DNA of 64,000 nt from Setoptus koraiensis (taxonomy: Eukaryota; Animalia; Arthropoda), in NCBI GenBank assembly GCA_048013815.1, contig CM106586.1, positions 13,454,001 to 13,518,000 on the forward strand. The letters are read 5' to 3'. The position numbers were made by a program, and so were the translations under genes. This document shows, piece by piece, positions 34,864 to 46,141 of this stretch (position 1 is the stretch's first letter; each line of letters begins with the position of its first letter). Below the pieces are notes generated by a model. It saw only the letters and a list, made by a program, of their open reading frames with translations. It was not told the origin of the DNA and searched no databases.

Positions 34864-36720
34864 ATGATTCATCTGGAACGTGCCTCTAGCATATTACTGT
34901 TACTTTGTTTTGTTTACGAAACAGTTGGTTGTTGCAGCAAGCCGTTTTGTATATCCGAGAGCGCTTACGAAGCGGAGCCGTCGAGCCATTTCAATCTAAC
35001 TGTGGTGAGTGTCATCTTTCCTTCGCGTCATTTCTTAGGCCCATTGTACAGTTCCATGTAGCTACCATTGCATCTTGATCCACATGTATCGATGTTTTGG
35101 TAATATATAGGCCGAGATAATTGAGAAACAAGGTTATCAAGCTAAAACATACCAGATAGAGAGCTCTGGCTATCTGGTGGCTGCCACACGAATTATGAAC
35201 CCTGAAGATGATAAAAACAGTAGCAAGCAAGTTGTCGTTATTCACCATGGTTCTCAAGACAGTCCAGTGGTGCCTTCGTTAGTTCAGGGTGCCTACTCAC
35301 AGGCCCGTCAACCTGATGAATTTATGCGCGAGGAGAACGACAGAATAACCGACTATAGTGACAACGGTGACGATCGTGACGACGAACAAGACAACAATGA
35401 TGACGATGAGCCAAGATTTATTCCGACGGAACAATTGCGAAACAATTGTCTCGCTTACTATCTGAGCAATCTTGGTTACGATGTCTGGTTGCTTCATGCC
35501 AGGGGGGCAACGCGAGAAAGTTCCGGTTATGCTAATGAGTCTTTCGATGATCCAGAAAAGTATTGGGATTTCAACATGGACGATATGTCTTTGCAAGATT
35601 TGCCATCACAAATTGACTTTATACGCAATGAGACAAAACAAGATAAAGTGGCATATATTGGCTGGAGCTGGTCGACAATATTTATGTTTCAGCTATTGTC
35701 CGATTGGCCCCAATTTGCCGACACGAGACTAATCACATACATCGCTTTAGCGCCTGAAATTTACAAAAAACATTCCAGGGGCGCTAATGTGACTGCCGAA
35801 GATGAAGAGAGACTGAAATCGATTAATGGCCCAACGAACAGCTTGAGCCGCTGCTCTGATATCAATAAGGACCAATTGGAAATGTGTCCAAATCAGACCG
35901 AGCTCAATTCGAAATGTAGGCCACAATATGCCGAATCAGTGGGACCCGATTCTGTGAATGTCTACGTAAGTCAATTCAAACATTTGTTGAGCATCTCCGA
36001 GTAGAACATTTGTTGCCTCGCTTGCTGAACGACGCATGACAATCTGACTATGATAACGATCTCTAACAACACCAATATTTTTACGCCATTCAGAATAAAG
36101 TGTTTCTGAGTAATTATCGTTCGCCCTCCAGCTCGAAATCATTCGGTCAAAATGATCAATATGTGCTAAAAGAAGTGTTCAATAAGTTCGACTATGGTCG
36201 AGAGGGAAATCTGAAACACTACGGTCAAGTAAGTTGATGGATACATCCTGTTTATTGCGTGAAGTCTCTTCATTGGGATGACAGTCACTTGAGCAAATAA
36301 TTCCAGATATTAAATAATCTCTCGCTCATTCTGGAAATACCTAATCCTTTCAGGAAGAGGCTCCAATCTACAATGCGTCAGCCATAAAATTTGATCGGAT
36401 TGTTCTAATTAGATCGACTGGCAATGATTATGTGTCTGATGCCACCGACCAAGAGCATCTAATCGGCAATTTAACGGGTAATATATGTGATACATCAAGG
36501 CGTGATTTCACGTGTTCTATACAAACTATTAATATTGCTACTGTATAAATTTATTATCCTACTCTCTCGTTAACAACCACTGCTGACATTAGTACCTCTA
36601 TATAAGGATATCATCACTCCAAGTCGTTATGATCATTATAGTTATTTTTTGGCCTACGATAGTTACAAATATGTCAACAGGCCCATATATGAGATATTGC
36701 GAGATCTGTTTGAGCAATAA
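34864..36720 (+). CDS. Acid/gastric lipase-family (AB hydrolase) secreted protein, 460 aa
   Basis: Exons 34864-35004, 35111-35965, 36094-36228, 36354-36477, 36593-36720 (1383 nt, in frame). Signal peptide; GYQAKTY...GY; HHG; LGYDVWLLHARG; YWDFNMDDM...DLP..IDFI; YIGWSWS; FDYGREGNLKHYGQ; GNDYVSD; YDHYSY. Confidence 0.9.
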
Positions 36721-37035
36721 TCCAAACAATTGTTGCATCCAATAAGCAAGCAAATTGAATGATCGGTGTGGCTGCAGCTAGCAACGCGACATGAAATAAA
36801 AGTTGGAACATTTACTCTGTCACGGCTGGCCAAATTCAAATCACTGTGTTGAAAAAACTAAGAACTTCACAAATTGACAAACTCCTACTGCTAAACAATT
36901 ACTGAAAATTGTGCCTTATCCTTATGCTTACGTGTGATGATATTAATAAACAAGATTGCAGATGTCGAGTGGTCGCAAATAAAACGATTATTATGTAACA
37001 CAACCTGACTAGTTCCATTTAATTGGTGAGCTCCC

Positions 37036-38990
37036 TCAATAAGTGAACGTTTGTGTGTTGAATTGAATGACTGTATATACTGCCGTTGTAAGCCAAACAA
37101 TGACCTGTATGAAAAAGATGATAATATGAATGATAGTGATTAGAGGAGAACGATTGGGCTGCCTTCTTTTGGAGGCAGTGGACCGATTTGTAGATAGGAT
37201 TGTTGCGAAAGTCAACTAACGGTGAGAAAATGATCACGCGTCATGGATATTGCGTAAAACAAGACAAACGATGTGTTCGATCTCATTTGCAAATGCTTGG
37301 ATGTTTTCATGATCAGCCGCAAACTCCTTGGACACAATAGCGGCTGCTGGGCCATCAACAGCATCAAGCTACCATTGATATCTTTCAACTTTGGAGAGAC
37401 GAAGAGGGAGAGAGTTAGTGAATGTGTTGTTGATTTATTCCAAGAAAATCATTGCCAATCTGTCGACAGAACATAAACTACCTGTTGGGACAATTCAGCG
37501 GGAAAGAAGAGTTGTATCGTGATACCAACGAAGTAGGCGACAGCCATCAAGCCTATAATTATCGTGTAATAAAACATATTTTTGCCGCATGAACAATTGT
37601 GCATAATTATAGCGGTGCTAGTAATCCATGTTAGCGTGCACAATTTTATTAATACATCCATATCGATGTTTGTTCTAAATTGTTCTTTGACTTGCTTGAA
37701 TTCGAAAAGTAACTGATGTAACACTTGGATGAATTTAATACACTTTTTGTCCGTTCGGAGATCCGATCTCAATGTAGCCAAGTCAATACGAGGCATGCTT
37801 GGTTCCACTCTCATACCGGTACTACCGGCGCTGGTCCGTTGAGGCGATAATTCTTTTATTGTCAAAAATTTGTTGTTTCCATTATAATGGGATGTCAATG
37901 ATCGATTAATTGTGTGACACTCGTCTATGAATTTCTCCAATTGCATTTTATAAATGGTGAGTCTATTAGATAGCAACAATGAGAATAATAGCACCAGAGT
38001 GGTATCGGCAAATGTAGATATATTGCAAACTGTCACAAGCATGAGATTGCCGTACTTGAAGAGTTCGTTCATTAATGAGCTCACATTGGTCACTCGAATT
38101 GGCTTATATTTATTTACTACCGTTGCTGACCAAAAGCACACACCTAAACTTGCAAATGGCAACAAATTAAGAGATGCCAATGTGTATGTGAACAGTCTTC
38201 TGTATGATTCGGATGAGCACAACAGATCTGTCTTCATCAGGTCGAAGTTCAGTATATCATTTGCGGTCATGTTGCGTAAAATTGGATATCTTCTGGGTAT
38301 TGGACCAGCGAAAAAAGAGCGACTCTTGAAAGCGTAGTGCATGGTTTCTCTGATAGTTAGCTTGGGTGCAATGAGAAAATCTATGTAGACACTATGATCC
38401 TTTTGTTTGGCGGCCACTTTCAGCGACGACCAATATCTCACGTTTGCGTCGTTGCGTGCATCACTTAGCCACGGTTTATAAACTCTCAATAGATAATGAA
38501 TTTTCGGAAGAAATGAATTTGTTGTGAATATGAAAGTCATTAAATTGATGAGTCGGCCATGATCTTTCACAACGCTCCATTGGTCGTACAACATAACATC
38601 GTAAATAGCTTGCCAGAGTTGTCTCAATTGCTGTTCGAAAGAATCCGATTCGATTTCGGTGACATTAGTTGCAGGCCAAAACAAGGGCGTCGGTGATGCT
38701 TTCGTCGTTCTGTCTCTGAATCCGTGGTAGCCGCATCGCAAAAGCCAACTGAATAAGAGTATCATTTGTAGACAGTGAAAAAACAGTCTGCGCTTACATT
38801 GTCGAGCCATCAACTTGAACACTCTCTGGCCTTTGGTATAACTCTGGTGGTCTAGAGAGAATGTAACAAACGATACATTGACGTAATTGAGAATAGTATA
38901 TCCGATTGAGAGCACATTGAATCTCCAATGAAAAACTCGCTCATATGTTCTCAAGGCCGTAGCTGATGTTTTTCTCAAAATACTTGACAT
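37036..38990 (-). CDS. Gustatory receptor-like (7tm_7 family) chemoreceptor, ~581 aa
   Basis: Exons 38990-37482, 37388-37221, 37104-37036. Phase-0 introns at the 3' end and the C-terminal FVLFYAISMTRDHFLT|VIVWLTTAVYTVIQF (TY-x-x-I-x-QF-like motif) are typical of arthropod GRs; several hydrophobic segments. Confidence 0.75.
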
Positions 38991-39910
38991 CCTTGTTGAA
39001 CTATCGATAATTATTGCTCGATCACTACTAAGAATCCAATAATGGAATAATGCAAGATTATGACGAAAACACACTTGTGCATATATAATTTATAATTGAC
39101 TATTTAATACAGTTTGCAAAAGTCAAATATGCAAATGAAAGTATATCAAATGCACCATTGCTTGCCATACCGACCAGCGAATTAGGAAAAAATAAAACCA
39201 CTGATCGGTCGCATGCTCGTAAAATTGATCTAGTGTCACGAATGATAAACAGACAATGGAAGTACATTAAAATGTACACAAACTTTTCAGGGGACATCCG
39301 TTCTGAAAACGAATCCTCAATGAAATAATTATGCGTGCTTCGAGTCTAGACACGAAGATAATCAATTGGTACTCATTTCGGACCCGTCATTTTTATGGCA
39401 TCTTCTGTTACGGTTTAAAAAAGTTTCCCGTTCGCGTGAATTGCTCGATATTCGCTACAATAGTAAACACAATCAAATCCATAATTCATTACGGCAATGA
39501 GACACTGCATGACATCGAAGCACGCAACATTCGCTGTCAAGATACACAATATCTAACGAAAATTATGCAAAAACATTCCGCCAATGTGATCAATTAACTG
39601 ATCCATGCTGAATAAACGACACGCTCGACCATGATCACTGTCTATTCAGTTGCATCTATTATTAGAAAAATAAATGTTGGGGCCAGCAAGCGGTGCCATT
39701 AAAGATTCACTAACATGCAACCCGGTGGCTATTCCAAGGGCCATCTGTCGAGACTACCTCATACTTTATATCATTTCTTTCGGATGAAAACCTCAAAGTT
39801 CAGATTTATATATAATAAAACTAAACGATGCAACTGTCACATTCGCTGCCAACAGTTTCGATTTTGTCATTTTCAAGTCAACAAATAAGTGGCACCCTGA
39901 CCTTCCAGCA

Positions 39911-40600
39911 TCGGCTGAAGTGATCGAGCCAAAGCTCGAGTTGCTAAGCGAGCAAGAGAGTTTATAGCCAGCAACACTGCGAGTATCTCAGCCGAATAAT
40001 ACTGATACATACTTCTCCCGGAGCCCCTCCTGGGATGAGCCCTGGGGCTCATCCTGTATCGGGGAGCTGGGGATGTACGCTACCATCCCCAGCTCCTCGA
40101 ATGGGGCTGTTACCAGCCCCATCGGCGGGACCTGAGGGAGGGTCGACGGCTCCTCCTCAGGCGCAAGCAGCCGGATCCTCTTTGTTTTCGAGGCCGGCTG
40201 CATGCACATTGGATATTTGAATACCCTCTGTGGACGTGTCCGGAGCACCCCATTTTCATAGAGGGGGTGCCCGTGAACGCCCAACAGAGGCATGTCCTGG
40301 ACCTCGCCCCCTTCCTCTGCTCACGTTTTAATTCACTCGGCACAGAAGCTGTGCCCGCACTCTAAAGAGTGGGGCTCAACTTTCTGGCCGAGGCATATTG
40401 AGCAGTTGTCGTGGGGGTATATAAGGGGACGGGTCCTTTTTGGCATTTTTTTTTTATGTATAAATATCAGTTAGTAGTATTACAACTGACAATGAAACCT
40501 TCCCAACCATGACACGCCGATCGACATGCCATGTAGCTGGTTGAACTCGGCTGTTTCTGGGGAGCAGGAAAACACTATTCATTTTTCCGGAAAATCCCGG
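39911..40600 (+). other. GC-rich, hairpin-dense island with a TAGTATTAC stem-loop (unclassified; candidate ssDNA-derived element or structured RNA gene)
   Basis: 249/420 G+C in 40021-40440, at least 6 near-perfect stems, TATATAA at 40418, T-tracts at 40437 and 40446, and TCAGTT-AG-TAGTATTAC-AACTGA at 40467-40489. Confidence 0.6.
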
Positions 40601-40715
40601 ATTTCTGCAATAATCGATGATGTTTTTCTTTTAGTCCAGATCGATCTATAAAGACGATAACAAGTCCAAGAAAGTACCTCACATGCTTGTAACCTTGATT
40701 CGAATCTTTCATATA

Positions 40716-41253
40716 CAGTAAAGTGTATCTAAACGTCACTTTTTGGGACCAGAATCTATGCGCCAAATTCAAGTGATCGAAATGAAAACAAAGAAATATT
40801 CTTGAGTGAACTATATTTAATATTTAAATTACTCAATCATCAGTCTACTGATATAATCCTCATATCCAAGTGAGTCGGCAAACACAGGGGTAAGTCTATT
40901 GAAGTTCTCAACCAAGTCTTGTTCATAGTCATTATCAAGAAACACAATTGGCATGTCAGCCAGCTCGCGGTTGAAACCGCACTATTCCCAACAATGAATT
41001 ATATGCTCCGATTTAACATCTTCCCAAGCTGCCACTAACCAGCCCAACGCATCTGGAAGACTAACAGACTTAACAATTTCTCTAATGTCATCTAAGTCAT
41101 CACCAGAACACGCATCTTAAGAGAACAAAACTATTGTTGAACCACGTGGAATCGAATTTGGCGCACATAAAAGTGCAAATCATCGGCGAAAATAAGCGAG
41201 AAACCATATGAAGCGACATTTAGAGCCTCGCGACGTTCAGATACACTTTACTG
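40716..41253 (-). mobile_element. pogo/Tigger-family DNA transposon deletion derivative (538 bp)
   Basis: 24-bp TIRs CAGTAAAGTGTATCTAAACGTCAC (40716-40739) and its 22/24 inverted match (41230-41253), with TA on both sides. Internal minus-strand frame IVKSVSLPDALGWLVAAWEDVKSEHIIHCWE*CGF matches the DDE_1/CENP-B transposase C-terminal motif and carries a nonsense codon. Confidence 0.9.
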
Positions 41254-41404
41254 TAAATCAAAACAAAAATGTTCAATAGACGAAAAAATTAATCTACTTA
41301 TCCTAATACTTTATTATTATAATCGTCTCGGGTTATAGCAATAAAAATGCCACTTGGTGAATGTTATCTCTTGGAAAGGCTTTTCTAACTCTTTATTGAC
41401 CATC

Positions 41405-42301
41405 ATGGCCACAGTTGAGAAAATTCCGGACTCTCTTCAGTGGATGCGAAAATTTAAACCTATTGGAGATCTAATCTTGCTGAGCAATCATTTGTGGAAT
41501 AGTTTCAAAAAAGAATCAAATCTTCTTGGACTGAACGAGACTGAAGAAGACATTGCACGTCTTTTGTGCTATGCGATATCAGTGTCTCAAGGCGTCAGAT
41601 GTCAGAGAGTAGCTATTGAAGATCGCATAAATAATGATGGATTTCGATCACCGAATGTTAGACTTATCTATGGTTCAAATGGAATAGTGGAAAGAAAAGA
41701 GAATGGTGTCATATTTTCTTACAATATCACTAAGTGCATGTTCTCCAAAGGAAACATAACTGAAAAGATACGAATGTCCAAGCTAGATTGCTCTCAAGAA
41801 ACAATAGTTGATCTCTTTGCTGGAATAGGATATTTTACTCTACCTTTGTTGGTCCACACCAAAGCTCAATATTTGCACGCTTGTGAATGGAATCCAGACT
41901 CAATTCAATCTTTAAAAAAGAATTTAGTCCTAAACGGTGTCTCAGATAGATGTACTATTCATGAGGGCGACAATTTTTTGAATCACCCACATAGACTTGC
42001 TCAAAGAGTTATTCTGGGTATTCTACCTTCCTCTCACGAGTGGCTCAAGCCAGCCATTGATTGTTTGAATCAGTCCACAGGGGGTATCCTACACTGCCAT
42101 GAATTAGTAACAACTAAGGATTCTATCGGAGGTAGAAGTAGAGCACTTAAAAATAAGGGGCAAGAATTTTTGGAAGCAATTAAGAAATTAGGAGAAAACC
42201 TTGAAGTCGAGTTGCTATCACTCAACAAAGTTAAGAAGTACGCTCCTCATATTGAACATGTCGTGTATGATATAAAGGTGAATTTTCTAGATTCTGGATA
42301 A
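41405..42301 (+). CDS. TRMT12: tRNA wybutosine-synthesizing protein 2 (TYW2/TRMT12), intronless
   Basis: ENGVIFSYNITKCMFSKGNITEKIRM...IVDLFAGIGYFTLPLLVH...HACEWNP...LGILPSS...GGILHCH...VKKYAPHIEHVVYDI. Confidence 0.93.
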   Translation: MATVEKIPDSLQWMRKFKPIGDLILLSNHLWNSFKKESNLLGLNETEEDIARLLCYAISVSQGVRCQRVAIEDRINNDGFRSPNVRLIYGSNGIVERKENGVIFSYNITKCMFSKGNITEKIRMSKLDCSQETIVDLFAGIGYFTLPLLVHTKAQYLHACEWNPDSIQSLKKNLVLNGVSDRCTIHEGDNFLNHPHRLAQRVILGILPSSHEWLKPAIDCLNQSTGGILHCHELVTTKDSIGGRSRALKNKGQEFLEAIKKLGENLEVELLSLNKVKKYAPHIEHVVYDIKVNFLDSG

Positions 42302-43159
42302 ACTAGATCTCGACTAATAGTCTTGAAGTTCTTCCCTCGATCTCAGACATACAAGGGAATAACTCGGGTTTCAATCAGAGATAGCTTGTTTCCTCGATGA
42401 AATCGGATTCTATGACTCACTACAGTAAGATAATCGACTAGTAGAAGAGGAGCCTCAATTAATATTTCTGGTAATAAATATCTATTGAAGAAGCTCCGAT
42501 TTTGTAGGATGTAACCCTATTGTTAAAGTTTCACATCGGGAAATAGGACCTTTCTCAGCGTCTAAAACTTTCTCTGCACTACAATTTGAGAAGCACCGAA
42601 AAAAAACACCCAAACGATTTCAAAATTTGAATCCAGCATCCGTGACTAACCATCACTCAAGGACAAAGAATACAGTGAGCTATATAGCGGTAGACGATAT
42701 TCATGGGCACCGGCTTGATGTCACAAAGCTAGTCTTGATTATTTCTTGAACCTTGCCGCTAAGTTGACTAGTGATTACAAGCCAGAGCATTTTACATGGT
42801 CGGCGATATGGAAGGATCGGCTTGTTTTTGTTTAAAGATTTGAGTATATTTTATATACTATAAAAGGAAAAACAGATTTACTTATACTATACAATTTACA
42901 TACAACGAGACTTTCAGGCATCTCTATCTTCTTTCTCACGCAGTGAAAATACAATCTACCTATGGAGAGAAATAATAAAATTTGGTCAGCACGCCTCATA
43001 TCAGGTTGATCGGGTTACATGATAGATTTTGGTGTAAACTTGGTCTAAACCTTGGTGTGCTAAGGTTGAGAAGAAACAGTGTTCGCCTCAATTTACAAAC
43101 TATGTCATGCAATATCTCCATAACACATTAATCTTTACCTTTGGCATATTTGCCAAATG

Positions 43160-43862
43160 TCAAAGAATTGAGCATCTTAGACAATAGCTTGAGTTCTTTT
43201 TGGTTTGATTGTAGCTCATTTCTCTAACGACTTCAACAAAAATAGTATTAACATTTAGCCTGTTCTTAGCTGAAGCTTCTAGGAACGGTGAGGACCACTC
43301 ATGGGCTAAGGCCATACCTTCTAGTGTTGAAACTTCTCTATGGTGTTCTAGATCAACCTTATTGCCGACCAACAATATAGGCACTCGTTCTGTGCCTTTG
43401 ACGCGTATTATCTGCTCTTGCATTTGTTTAATATCTTGAAAGGTCTGATGTGACGTAATGGAATAGACTATAATAAAACCTTGACCGTTTTTAATGTAGA
43501 GATCGCGCATAGAAGCAAATTGTTCCGTACCTGCTGTGTCTAGTATTTCTAGGACTTGTGGTGACCCATCAACTTCAATTTCTTTTCTGTAGAAATCCTC
43601 AATGGTGGGGTCGTATTTTTCCATGAAGGTGCCTGAGACGAACTGCACAGTGAGGGCACTCTTCCCCACTCCGCCTAAGGTGATTTTAATTTTTAATTAA
43701 TAATTATTTTCAATTATGCAAGGATGAGAATATCAACAGTTGGTAGGGCGTTATAGTTAGTTAGCATATTAGTAGTTGTTGTGGTATATTGTGGTGGTGG
43801 TATCTGAGATGAGAGTGTATGTACTTACCACTGCCCAGAACGACGACTTTGTATTCTCTCAT
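43160..43862 (-). CDS. RAP2: Ras-related protein Rap-2, 182 aa
   Basis: Exons 43862-43829 and 43674-43160: [24 protein letters not shown]...[16 protein letters not shown]...[22 protein letters not shown]...CSIL (CAAX). Confidence 0.96.
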
Positions 43863-45209
43863 TTCAACAATATATCTAATAATATCTAAATTGGGTTTAT
43901 CTCTATTCTTTATGATAATTCACTGATTGGTTGTTGCTGGTTGCTTGTATCACAAAAATTGATCATCATTGAGGCCTGTCATTGTTTTGTTCATAGTTGC
44001 AAATATAGATTTGAGGGGCATAAATAATAATAATGATAATAAGATGATGTAAAAATAATAAAAATACGAATTACTCTGCCGTTGTCGACTGATGGTTGAC
44101 GCTTGAACTGGTGCTGTGGCGATGGCTTGCTTGGCTGTTTTGGTTGTTGTTGTTGCTGCTGTTGTCGGTCATAACTGGTGCCGAGAGAGCTTCTGAGCTG
44201 TTGATGGATGATTTATGGGCGACGATGCTGCCGATGATGAATAATCCTAGTGATCGAATTTCCGCAAGAAACGTGATGCCGACAATAAGGAATGTGTGTG
44301 TACAATTACAAAAATATGCTAACAGATAATAATAATACTGGCTAAAATAATTCTCATAATTCTTCTTTTTCTCTGGCTAGTTTCTCTTGTTTATGTGGTA
44401 GTGGGCCAAACGTGTTGCTGGGACACATATTAAGCATTGCCTGATTGATATTGGATATTTAGTGCCAGATACACCCTGCTGCTGCTGCTCTTTCTTTCTT
44501 TCTCTATTATACAGGGCCTACAATCTCAGGCAGTATGTCGGTGTTGGCCCGTCTGTCTGTGTGTCTGTAACTCACAGTGATTGTGCGAGTGTGTGTGTGT
44601 GTGAGTGAGTGAGATGGACACCATCGAGCGCACCACAGATTCCTTACCGATTGCGAGGCAGTTGTTGCTGTTGCTGCTGTTGTTGTTGCCGTTCGAGCCA
44701 GCAGAGATGGAGATGACGCTATGCAGAGCTACACTCACACACACAGCGACTCACAGGCAGCCAGATTGAGCTCATGCGATGAGCCGCTGAGCCAACTTGC
44801 CATCCAGCTAAACTAATTGTCTGCCTGTTGGTCTGCCCGTGTGTGTGTGTGTGCAATCGACTCAGCCTGTTGCATGCTCAGTGCTGCGAGCCAAGTGAAA
44901 GAAAGAATTTCAAATGGCAGGCAGCTCCACTTTATCCCCCCCCCACACACACACACACTTCGAATTTCGAACTGTGGTTCGACGACGACGACGTCTATTG
45001 AACTATATTTCAATCTGTGCTATTTCACTCTCCGCTGCCGCTGCTGCCATCCACTCAATCAACCATGGTCGTCGGCGCCGCTATGTTCAGCGTTGCTCAC
45101 ATGCCGGTGCGGCACACACTGTCCCCGCAAAGACTGCGGCCTCCACGCACCGCCAGGCGACAGAGAGGCGCACATGCGCACTGGACGTGCTTGTAGCATG
45201 CAACTTGTG

Positions 45210-45331
45210 AGTTCGACACGGCGAAACGTTCGACGGCGACAAGTCCGACTGTGAAAAGTTCGACGGCGAAAAGTTCGACGGCGAAAAGTTCGACGGCGAA
45301 AAGTTCGACAGCAACAAGTTCGACAGCGAAA
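45210..45331. repeat. 15-bp minisatellite, 8 units (consensus AGTTCGACGGCGAAA)
   Basis: Three perfect central units with degenerate flanking units; each unit has an internal TTCG...CGAA inverted repeat. Confidence 0.9.
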
Positions 45332-46033
45332 TGCATCAGGGCAAAGTCGCACCAATACGGCACAGCTGCGTCGACTGAAAAGTCGGCCCTGTTATAGGAG
45401 CCAATATAGAACTTTTGGCCGTTTGTGGACTCTGCACAGTGTACAGTGTAAAGTGTAGACTGTAGAGAGAGATTGTTGCCATACCAATTCACTGTCAACA
45501 CACCGGCGCTACTGTTGATTTGTTCGATGGCGAGCGAACTTTTTGCCCGCTTCGCCGAGCTTTTTGTTCTATTTAGCGTCTGCCCATCACACACACACAC
45601 GCCTATGTGTGCCTAACAAAAAATGGCGACCCACGTGCCCCAGTTTCAGCAACACACACACAAGCACTGTTCTAATGCTGGCCGGTTTTGCTGCAGTTGC
45701 CGGCTTGTCGGTTTGTTCGACGCTCCAGGATCAGCGATATTGATTTTGTGTTTGTGTTTGCTGATCAAAGTTGATTACAAACATTACACATACATACAAC
45801 AAAAAAGAACTAGATTGTGTGTAACATAACAACAGATAAACAGCTATGTTTGTGGCAGCTCAGTTCGAGTTTCGCCGCATTCGCCAAATTCGCCAAATAA
45901 ATCAACTAACTAACTAACTAACTAGCTGCCATAACCATAACTAACTGGCCGCTGGAGGAAGTCTCATCGATCATGCTCAAAACTTGCCACTTATTACCAA
46001 TCGGATTAATACCAGTGAGCCACTTATTATTAT

Positions 46034-46034
<1 letters not shown>

Positions 46035-46117
<83 letters not shown>

Positions 46118-46141
46118 CAACAACAACAACAACAACAACAA
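46035..46141. repeat. Compound (CA)n-(CAA)n microsatellite
   Basis: Direct reading. Confidence 0.95.

Noticed and set aside
39896-39907. GGAAGGUCAGGG on the minus strand fits the RNase P CR-I consensus
   Set aside because: No complementary CR-V/P4 strand was found downstream.
40084-40110. CCCAGCTCCTCG...GAATGGGG resembles HDV ribozyme or Alu/SRP words
   Set aside because: P1/P4 elements, the nested pseudoknot and the SRP helix-8 GNRA loop are absent.
40150-40195. Hammerhead-like words on the minus strand (CGAAA and CUGAGGA)
   Set aside because: Stems II and III do not form around them and there is no correctly placed NUH; both words are sequestered in other hairpins.
42320-42830. Stop-interrupted protein-like frames downstream of TRMT12
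   Set aside because: No family recognised; cannot distinguish a pseudogene from chance.
45210-45331. Possible CRISPR array
   Set aside because: Contiguous 15-bp units without unique spacers, eukaryotic context, no cas genes.
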